From Mesotaenium endlicherianum (taxonomy: Eukaryota), in contig WELA01003361.1 of NCBI GenBank assembly GCA_009602735.1, positions 1-60,742 on the forward strand: a DNA stretch of 60,742 nucleotides, given 5' to 3'. Shown here one piece after another: positions 51,389 to 60,742 of the stretch. Every line of letters begins with the position of its first letter. The first letter of the stretch is position 1. Both the position numbers and the translations under genes were made by a program. The notes beneath the pieces are model-generated. The model was not told where the DNA came from. It was given only the letters and a program-made list of their open reading frames with translations, and did not search any database.

Positions 51389-53512
51389 TCATATGTCTCT
51401 GTGTGTGTGTGTGTGTGTGCCACTTTGCCGGGATACAGCAGACTCCTCATCCTGTTGCTTATATAAGGGTTTCCAAAAAGTTCCCGGCCGGCATTCTCCG
51501 TCAACTGCAACAAAATTTTGTACCGAATGGGCTCAAACTTGTTTCAAAACTAAACTTGGACTCCTCCCCCCTGTCTCCCCTTGCCTGGGCACGCACGCAC
51601 GCGCGCGCCTCCTGAGCGGCGAGCAGGTCCCGTGGCGGTGGAGATGCGCGCCAGGACGGTGGTGGGCATCACCGTCACGCGCCTCGTCATCCTGCCGCTC
51701 CTCGGCATCGGCGTCGTCCAGCTGGCGGATCGGGGCGGGCTGCTGCCGGCCGGCGACCCCATGTTCCGCTTCGTGCTCATGCTGCAGTTTGCGATGCCCA
51801 CCGCCATCAACCTCGGTCAGTCAGACACGTGTTCCTCCCACTGGACTTCAGTAGCTCGCGGCTCGGGACCCGCCGGGACTCGACTTGCCGACCCGTCATT
51901 CTACTCCTCCTCCTTGCTTCCGTTGCGACTGTCAGTCGACTCCATGCTTTCAGCTCAGGACCCGCTGGGGCTCGGCTTGCCGGCCCGTCGCCCTCCTCCT
52001 TGAGTTCAGTTGCAACCACCGTCAATCGACTCCATGCTCTCAGCTCAGGTCCCGCTGGAGCCCAGCTTGCCGGCCCGTTGTCCTCCTCCTCCACTTCCGT
52101 TGCGACCACCGTCACTCGAGTCCGTGGCACGTGCTGACTGTGCTGACCCGCCTTTGGTCTGTTGCTTTCACTGGAAGTCCAACCTGGTCTTGCCTGATCT
52201 CAGAGACATGAAGCGCACCACCCAAGGCAGGGACCTATTTGAACTAGGTCTCTTAACTGTGCCCAAATTGTGCATCCCCTCGACGGATTCTCCTAGCAAC
52301 CAGCTATCGTGGGTGTGTCGAGGAGCTCTTTACATGATGGCAGGCTACTTATTCATTACGGCACTGCCCACAGACATCCCCCTTCCCCCCTCCCCCCTTC
52401 CAATTCCGCAAATTGAGCAAGCTCAAGTTTGAGCTTACCNNNNNNNNNNNNNNNNNNNNNNNNNNNNNNNNNNNNNNNNNNNNNNNNNNNNNNNNNNNNN
52501 NNNNNNNNNNNNNGGGGCTCCCCTCTCCCCTTCCCCCCCTTTTTCCCTTCCCCTCTCCCTCCCCCTTCCCCTCTTCCTCTTCCTGCCCCTCCCCCTCAAG
52601 CCAAACGCAGTACTGCTGCTTACGCTGTCACCATTGGTATGGAGTTGGAGCAAAGACATCCGCCTTCGTTGCACGTAACGATTTCTTGCCTCCCCTTCTC
52701 TGTCGAAAACTACCTCCTTTCCGTCCCCTCTTGTTCCCTCCAGCGATATTATATGCAGAAGGACTTCCAATTTAAGATAGAGGAGAAGTAGTGCTGATTG
52801 CCATTACGCCTGGGGCCGGCATGGTGGCGGCGTTGTCGTCGTATGCAAAAATAATATCTCTTCAGCTCAAGAAGGATGCCATATTGCACGAGTTTTGTCC
52901 ATTCTCTGTGTAGGGGGCAGGGACGGTGGCGGCGCTGCCGTCTCATGCAAACAGGCTATTCCTCTCAAGAATAAATTGTGAGAAGTCGAACTTGTGGTAT
53001 TATTAGTCTGTGAGGGGGGCCGCCACGGAGGTGGCGCTGCCGTCCCATGGGCTTAGAATCAAAGATGCCGAGAATTTAATGGTTGTTGCTGTCCCTACTG
53101 TGTCGAGGTCAGGTCCGGTGGCTGCGCTGCTGTCTCGTGCAATGAGGCCCTTCAGCTCAGGAAGGAAGGGGAGTTGCCATGGCTGTTGTTACTCTGTCTC
53201 GGGGGCGGGAACGTTGGCTGCGGGGACGGTGGCGGCCATAAGGCACTGCAGCAGAACTGAAGCTGCGATGGCCGTTGTGACTCTGCGTGGGGGGTAGGCA
53301 CGGTGGCGGTGCTGCCGTCCCACGGGCTCAAAAGAGGCCCTTCTGAGATTTGGATGGTAGTGGCTGTAACTCTGTGCGGGGTGGCAGGCACGGTGGCGGC
53401 GCTGCACGGGTACGGCGAGAAGGAGGCGTCGCTCATCCTCTTCTGGCAGTACCTCCTGGCCACCCTCACCATGATGGTCTTTATCGTCATCTTCCTCGCC
53501 ATCCTCTTCTAG
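46001..53512 (+). CDS. PILS: PIN-LIKES (PILS) auxin efflux carrier family membrane protein, ~522 aa
   Basis: Exons 46001-46159, 46391-46470, 46675-46799 (GC donor), 47093-47220, 47839-48339, 48877-48984, 50423-50523, 50872-50924, 51627-51815, 53388-53512. Motifs LNKLVFVVFLPSLIF, WWFLPVN, GNLGN, IFTPPTTAA, AMIPSMMLVLGGNL, DPMFRFVLMLQFAMPTAINLG, GEKEASLILFWQY. Confidence 0.93.
47604..47795. repeat. GGTCAA-rich short repeat cluster (11-bp GGTCAACTGTT units) in PILS intron 4
   Basis: tcggtcaactgttggtcaactgttggtcaactactggtcaa, plus further ttggtca(a/c) copies. Confidence 0.75.
50508..50765 (+). repeat. ~124-bp tandem duplication that includes the end of PILS exon 7 and its donor site
   Basis: tgctcaacatcctagg|gtatgc at 50508 and tgctcaacattctcgg|gtatgc at 50632, with collinear downstream sequence. 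Confidence 0.85.
51855..52125. repeat. ~90-bp tandem repeat, 3 copies, PILS intron 9
   Basis: Recurring ctcaggacccgctgg..cttgccggcccgt..cctcctcct..gttgcgacc..tcgactccatgc. Confidence 0.85.
52440..52513. other. Assembly gap (N run)
   Basis: Seen directly. Confidence 0.99.
52800..53410 (+). repeat. About seven degenerate ~90-100 bp tandem units, each resembling the acceptor and first codons of the last PILS exon
   Basis: The core (g)cacggtggcggcgctg, preceded by ctctgtg..gggg(c/t)ag-like sequence, recurs at ~52818, 52921, 53024, 53113, 53224, 53298 and at the true exon start 53388. Confidence 0.8.
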
Positions 53513-53823
53513 CCGACAGCTGGCAGCTGGCAGCTGGCAGCTGGCGCAGCAGGCATCGGACTTGGGCACTTGTGCAGTCGCAGCGCAAGCGCACATGCGC
53601 TTCCTACTTGCGCCCCCTGCCAAGCGCCGTCCTCTCCTCGTGGACGGCAGACAGCTGGCAGCAAGCCAGCAGGCGCACGTGCGAGTGCAACGCATGCTCG
53701 TGCGCTGCCTATGTGACGCCCCTCCCTTGCCAAGCATCATCCTCCCGTCTAGCAGACAGCAGACACACGGGCAGTTGCATCGCATGCACATTCACTTTGA
53801 TGCTCACACCTCCTGCCAAACAC

Positions 53824-53866
<43 letters not shown>

Positions 53867-54718
53867 GCAGACAGCTGTCACCCCTACAGTCGCTTCGCGC
53901 ACATGCGCTGCCGGTTTACGGCCCCTGCCAAGCTCCATACTCTCCTGGTGGATTAGACGCCCGCCCATGCGATTGCAATTGCAATCACAATCCCTATCGC
54001 ATCATATGCACATGCACTACCTCCCTATACCTGCCAAGCGCCTTCCCAGTCTTTAAGCGGAGCAGGCAGTCAGCCGCCCCGCGGACGTGCGCAACCGGTA
54101 TACGCCTCCTGCCAATGAAGCCCCACCCTCTTACAAGCAGACAGCTGGACCCTCATGAGTCATGTCGCGCACACGCGCCACCTGCCCGGCGGCTCTGTCC
54201 TGTTGCATTGGCACCCACGCCTGCGTGCCTGGTGCCTGTTGCGAGAGTATAATGGGCTGAGATCGGCTCATTTGCTGGATCCAGAAATACACTGGAGCCA
54301 TAATCGGAGCCAGGGTTGGAGCCAGGGATGAGCCAGGTGTGAAGCTGGAGGGAGGCATGGGAGGGCTGGTTGAGGATGACAACCGGTCTGTGCGCACCGG
54401 GAAGAATGCGAATGTTCCAGAATATGCTCCAGGTCTCTGGCTTCTGGCCTTGCGTGTCTGACAGCAGCCTTCCTGAAGCACAGCCCTCGGGTACATCCTC
54501 TCTCTGTCTCTGGCACTCGTTGACAGCACTGCTTCGACCGCCTTTCAGCCACCTGTTGCGTGCGCTTCCTGTTCTTTTGTTTCTTTAATGTTTTAGACAT
54601 CAGTCACCTGTCTTGCGTTTCTTCCGTGCCGAACAAGTCATTGTGCACAATGCTTTGTCATTGTAGAAAGCTCGCTCACGTTTGAAGCATGTTGCTGCCG
54701 TGTGCTTGCTTGATGTAC

Positions 54719-54800
54719 CAATTTCAATTATTTTTTGTACCTGAGAGATCTTAAAAGAAACAATTTCAATTATTTTTTGTACCTGAGAGATCTTAAAAAA
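54719..54800. repeat. 42-bp direct tandem duplication
   Basis: caatttcaattattttttgtacctgagagatcttaaaa occurs at 54719 and 54761. Confidence 0.95.
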
Positions 54801-56342
54801 ATATCTGGCTGGTTTGCTCAGAAACAAGCACGCGTGCAGCAATGTGTGAGTGCGTCTGGGCAATCTTGAGTTGAACTGCAGACTGAGAACCTTGGAAATG
54901 CAAATTCGTATCTCCTTGCTTGAAGCTCCAACCCCGTCCAGACACATGTGCTGTAATGAGGATGTACATTGGATGGGCGTCGGTGGTATTTTTCGACTTG
55001 AATGTGAACAACGCTTGTTGCCACCTCCATGTGTGGCCACTTGTTTTTTACTGAGCAAGGTTGAATCTGTTTGATATTGATGACTGTGGATTCTATCGTT
55101 CGATGTTTTTACGTTTGGATTCTTGCTTGCTTGGGCAGGTTTCCCGTTGTGTGATGTAATGCCGTAGGGGCAGCAATAAGTTTTGAACGGCGTTTCAGAT
55201 TTTTAAATAAAACAAGAAGAAGGAGAATGAGCATTGCGTGTTAGTAGTTGACTGCACCCTTCTTCTGCATAAGAAATATGATATTCTAAAATTTGGCCTT
55301 GTCCTGATTTTTTTCAGCCATCACTTCTTGCCCCAACCTTTCTTCTTACCTTAGTCCTTATCCATATTTCATCTTTCACGTCTTTTAAGAAGGCGGGAGC
55401 AAAATGCCTTCATTGTGGAGTTAGTTGAAGCGTCATAATGGAATACTAGCTACAATATAAGGTTGGTGTAGTTGTAAAATAATGTGCATTGAGGAAAGGT
55501 TGTACATGTCATGATTCTGACATAGTCCTGCCATACTACCTTTGATGAGTACTTGAAGCGTTAGTTGATAAAGGGTTTGCGCAAGATTTTTCCCTTATAA
55601 TACTTAATTAACAGTAGATTTTTGAAGTTGGCGATATATGCTGCTGCCTTAAGTGAAGGTAACGAATGATACATGTGGGGTGATCCAAATAGAGCTGCTA
55701 ACATTTTTGAGGGCCACTCAATGAACCCCTCCTTTGTGCTTCTATATGTCGATATGCTCGTTCTCATTGCTCCTTTTTAGTGGGTACACAATAGTCGGTC
55801 AAGAGTGGTATTTGTTGATGTATCATGTTTGTGTGATAACTGCGACACGATGTTTGATAAGTGCAACGCTAAATAGCTTTTACTTCTCATAAGCCAATCA
55901 GCTCAACTTAATATTGTCATCTTACCTGCAATAACTTCAAAAGGTACGTGTACACAGAGAGCTAGGAGAATATGGTCAAATCTGGCTCCATGCAGGGACC
56001 AAATTAATCCCTAATAAGAATGAAGAAGGTGAAACCTCGAACCAGCGACGATCATCATGCGTCATCGACGACCTGGCAACGACCAATGGCTTGGTTTTGC
56101 TCAGTTCTGGTCATGTCGGTTCGCGACAATCGAAGACGGGCGGGTATTGCGATATTTATTAAACCCTTGGAGGCTTGGACCTGCATGGGAACTTTTCTGC
56201 CAGTCACTGCCAAAGATGTCGAAACTTGAAAGACGACACAGGCATCACTGAAGCAACTAACAATTCACGAGCAAATATCTCAGCCACATTGGTTATTTCC
56301 CCTATCCTTCTAGGTCTCCTACTAATCGCTTACTTACTCGTA

Positions 56343-58606
56343 ATGACGACCGTGTCGGCATCCCTGTCCGTAGTGTCTAGCGTAGGAGCTTCTGCTCTTA
56401 GGGTTGGAGAGCAGAATTTGTGCAAGAATGACACAAGCTGCTCACATACTGTGTCTTTTGCCAGGCAGCAAGGTGGTAACGCTCTAAGGAATATAGTAGA
56501 GAAGTCTTGCAGCTTCTCAACTTCATGCCAGTCACATGGCTCGCGGAAACCCGTAGTCTGTCAGGTGTGTCTTCAAAAAAATTTCCTCAAACTCACCATC
56601 TGAAGGTCGTGTAGAGTGTTGTTGTAGAGAGCATCGTAGAATAGAATATGTGGATGCTTCAGCTGGATCAACATATGCCGGTAGCACGAAAGTATCCTTC
56701 ACTGTCCCTGGGCTTGTATGCCACTGTTCAATGGATGCCGTGAATGAAAGCCAATTGCATCCTTGTGTAGACCAAGTTATATCCTTATCATTTGGTGCAT
56801 TTTCTTGTTCGACCATTCCTGCAGGCATCTGGAGACCCCCAGCCTATCTCAAAGTCTCCAGAGCTCAAATCCAGAAGTCTGTTGTGTTCGGCCTGCGAGG
56901 GAAATGGTATGCAGCTTCTAGTTTCTAGATGGAAACCGTATCTTTAGTGAATCGTTTTATATATGCAGGCTGAGTACATGGCTCGTAGCTGCATTTTGTA
57001 CCTATGGAGTGTCTCTGTGGATGTAGTGTGGCCTTAGTATACTAGAACTCCAACTTCCATGTATCTGTTCCTGCACCTACGCATAAATTAGTGATACCTT
57101 CCTGGACAGATTCCTTTCTAGCGCTGCTTGCAGTGGAAAATTAGCTGTATTGTGTTGTCATAATCATGCAGGTGGCCACCACTTAATGCAGATTTTTATG
57201 TGAATGCTCATGCGATTATTACTCTGTAGGTGCTGTAACATGCCGTCAGTGCGAAGGGGGGGGTATCAACAAGGTTGACCACTTCCAGGGGCGCTTCAAG
57301 GCTGGCACCACATGCTGGTTGTGCAGGTAACCGTTCGCTGCATAGATCTCCTTACACAATTAAGAAGCCCTCTCCTTGCCCCAAACTGTGCCAAGCCTCC
57401 CATGCCCAGTGCCTGCTGACTAAGAGTGCGTGATGCTCTCGTTTCGGCTCTGCAAGAGCTGCAGGTCACTCTATGTTAATGTTAGTGTTCTGGGGCTCTC
57501 GGTACGGGGGAGATTGAGGCTAGGTTGAGACTGGAGACGGAGATTCCTTTGAGGCACAAAAGATCTCAAAGATATAGCTGTAGGCTAGACAGCTTGGGCA
57601 CGTTTCGCCCAGTGTTGTGTGTGTCAGGAATGGTCAGGGGAGGGCTTAGAGGGCTTGTAGTTTTCAGATGGAGATGGCCGATCCTTGGTACGCAAGAGGC
57701 GTAGTGTCCGTCTGTAATAAGCCCGAGGTGATGGACGGCAGATGACCGAAGATGACCCTGCACTTAATTGCGAGCTTGCTGACAGGCTCGCTGTCAGCCC
57801 AGCCGGTCTGCTACAAGCAGGCTACCTCAGAACTGCTCCCAGCAACCCACGGATGTGAGATTTTAGGGCGATCTTAAGGCGTGAAAGCACATCGTGGGCC
57901 TCATTGTGCCAGTTTGGGAGAATCACACGAGCTTAGCTGACATCGTCGAAGACCGATCCTCTCACGCAATTACTATAAGCACTGCCAGCCATCAGATCAG
58001 GATCGAGTGGACGAGGCAGCCTCCACAGCCGCAGTCAGGTCTTCAGCTCTGCTTCACGAGTTGGACCCAGGGTAGCATCCAAGTTGTACATTTTATTTGT
58101 TGACAACAACAAGTGGCTGGAACAGGAAGGGACAGCGGGGTTCCCTTTGGTCTTAGGGGTATGAAGGATCCAAGTCTGTAAGCACTCCCCAGTCACCTTC
58201 CAAGCACTTATCAAGCACTTCCCAGTCAATCCCAACAGCACTACCTGAAATCGAGTCTGGGAGTCACAGGTCCTAGTCTGAGCTGCCGTTCCCCCATCTT
58301 AAAACCCCGCTGACCAGCCCCCGTATTGAGCATAGGCTCCCCGGTGCAACGGTGTACTCTTACAGTCCCTTGACTTAGTGACTGCTACAATTTTGGGGAG
58401 ATTTATGCGCGTGGGGTTTGTCTGACAGATTCTTGAGGGCCATATGTCTGGTTCAAACAGAGTGGAAAACGTTGGGTTTCAACGTGTTACTGACCTCCTT
58501 GCCATGTTGCACTTGGTGATGTGACAGAGGGAAAAAGTCGACTCTCTGCGGAGACTGCAATGGAGCGGGCTTTGTTGGCGGCTTCTTGAGCACGCAAGAC
58601 GAGTAG
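56343..58606 (+). CDS. BSD2: BUNDLE SHEATH DEFECTIVE 2, DnaJ-type zinc-finger Rubisco assembly chaperone, ~159 aa with transit peptide
   Basis: Exons 56343-56564, 56825-56906, 57230-57326, 58528-58606. The mature part reads SLLCSACEGNGAVTCRQCEGGGINKVDHFQGRFKAGTTCWLCRGKKSTLCGDCNGAGFVGGFLSTQDE*, with four CxxC motifs, DHF..FKAG, CWLCRGKK and the GF.GGFLST C-terminus typical of BSD2. Confidence 0.94.
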
Positions 58607-60742
58607 ATGTAGCATTCGAGATTTTAGATATAGTTAGTTTGTTTTGTTACTTACTCCAGGGTGCTGCAGCAACTTATCAAAGCCTAACCATATGGAATGC
58701 TGCACTGAGCATGTACCATAAGAAAGATAAGGGAATCGTTAACAAAGGTTATCTATCGAGTATGACTTGTTGTCAGCTTCGTGTCATTCTTCCATACCCT
58801 CCGAACTTCCTGCTTAGCTGTTGAGCTCCTCCTCACGTTCCGTACGATCTCAGGCTACTTTCTTTGCTGCATGCTAGGCAAACTTTGTCAGTCTATCAGT
58901 TATCAAATCCGAGGACTTTCAAGATACTTTGATTAGTGGCACTTCAAAGCAGTCTTTTGCAAGCACTCTGGCGTACATACAGGCTGGAGTACACATGGTA
59001 GAAGATATGTTCCTAAAACAAGCGCGTTACTGTAATACTAACACCATCAATAAATGTACAGCAAGATTGGTATAGACAAGGTACTTCCAGAAAGAGAAAA
59101 AGCTTGGCAGTGTACACGAGCTGGCTGCGGTACTTGCCAACATGCAGAGAAAGTACCACTTGAGCAAGCCAAACCCTAGGGTCCACTGCATGATCTTGTA
59201 GCATCGCTCAGCTTCTCCACTGCAGACGGGATGCAGACACTAAATATGTACCATCTCGTGGCTGCAGAACTCCTGCTAAGACTAAAAGTGTGCACTCCAT
59301 AAGCTGATGATTGTATTGTGGCGCTAACAAGGGGGCAGCTGCTGACACCCAGAGAGGCTTGAAGCTGCCCGACGCTTGCAAGTATTGCGACGCTTCAGAC
59401 CCACACCACATCCTGACAGCTACAAGCAACTCCCATTTCAGGCAGTTGCTGTCGGGAGCAGGACGAGGACGGCAGCTAGGGCAGGCGGGGAGAAAGTGTG
59501 AGGGCTACAAAGAAGCGATGGCTGATGGAGGGCAGCTCAAGGATGCTGTTACTTCTTAACACGGAGAAGCGGGCAAGGAGCTTGATAAGGGGGGCCCTAC
59601 TGCTGATGCTGACGCCACAGATTGGGTGCAGGGGTCCCCTGCGGCAAGCAAACATGGGTCAGGCAGCCTGACGGTCAGGCAGGCACAGGAAAGGGGACTA
59701 AACCGCAGGGCACACCTTGCGGAGCCCGACGGACAGGCAGGCTGCGAAAGGGGCAGTTGCCAGGCCGGGGTATCGCAGGGGCCGCAAGCTGCGCTAAGGC
59801 GAAGGGGGCCAGGTGGCATTACAGGAGCTAGAAGTGCTACAGGGCCTGTCAGGCAGCACTCTCTCAGCAGCCTTGCCTACCCCCTTACGCATAAACACAC
59901 ACATAGTCCTCCCCCTCCTTCTTCTCCTCCTTTTTCTCTTTCTTCCTCGTCTCCTTCTTCTGCTGCTCGAAACGCACTCCTGGTGGCACCAACTCTCTGA
60001 CTCTCAGCCCCTGAAAGAGTGCGGAACCCTCGAGGAGTTGAGGAGGAAAGCAACAACAAAGTGAGCAGCTCTGGGGGTGCAGCGCCCCCAGAATCTCCTG
60101 CTGGACAAGTGCGCGCAGACATTCATGCAGGGGTCCGCTGGTTTTGGGCTTGGGTGAGAGGGGATTGCACGAGGGGGCAGTTGCTGACACGCCGACGGAG
60201 GAGCGTGCGAGGCTCAGCCGTACGCACGCGTTCGAGCACACAGCCCAGCGCGCGCGCATGAGTTGCTCCTATGTGGCCTGGAGAGTTCCAGCTACTCATG
60301 GCCTCTTGGGGCGTCCTCACGCAGTTCAGTTGCTCGCTCGCTCGCACGCTTACTCAATTCAAGCTCTTTCTCACTCACTCGCCCACCCACTCAATCTTCC
60401 ACTTACGCTCTCTCACTCACTCAGTCACCCTCTCAACTTAAGCACGCGAAGTCTCAACCACTCGCTCACTCTCACTCTACCATGCAGCAGAGGAGGCGCC
60501 CTTTTGAGCTCGAGCACGCGCCCCCCCACATACCTTCCCTGCGCTGCTAGACCCCCTGTTGTACTCCCTTACTCACTAGTGCACTCCCTCACGCGCTCTG
60601 CCATGCAGCCGATGGGGGGGGGGGGGAGGCACTCTCAAAAGCTGGAGCATGTGTGCCCACCCATCTGGCCGCCCAATTCCTGGGGCTTCAATAGCCCCAT
60701 GGGACAGGAGGAGACTCATGGAGGGGTGGAGTACGGGGGGGG

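Noticed and set aside
57474..58430. Possible solo LTR (TG..CA ends) in the last BSD2 intron
   Set aside because: No matching target-site duplication and no PBS or PPT found.
59200..60350. Coding-like GC-rich segments near the right edge
   Set aside because: Short ORFs on both strands with no recognisable family and no convincing exon chain; may belong to a gene extending beyond the window.

Overview
Eukaryotic, intron-rich nuclear DNA from a green plant-lineage genome, most likely a streptophyte alga. This is inferred from GapCp, BSD2 and PILS together with GC-rich exons and microsatellite-rich introns; Zygnematophyceae would fit but is not proven. I assembled nine gene models by hand from splice sites and phases: a coiled-coil protein with a 35-aa repeat (+), plastid GAPDH GapCp (+), farnesylcysteine lyase (-), a sulfiredoxin locus (-), a secreted beta-helix-like/Pro-rich wall protein carrying frameshifts (+), riboflavin synthase (-), an Oxidored-like domain protein with a C-terminal TM (-), a PIN-LIKES auxin carrier (+) and the Rubisco chaperone BSD2 (+). 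There is also an orphan ABC1-kinase exon and four long N gaps. The most interesting signal is the sulfiredoxin locus: one transit-peptide exon can splice to two acceptors in different frames, giving either a small membrane protein or Srx, with a G8 run at the frame junction. Next are tandem repeats that copy exon/intron junctions and create decoy or alternative splice sites in two genes, and ~10-bp-periodic sequence patches upstream of several genes. No tRNA, rRNA or CRISPR array was recognised.
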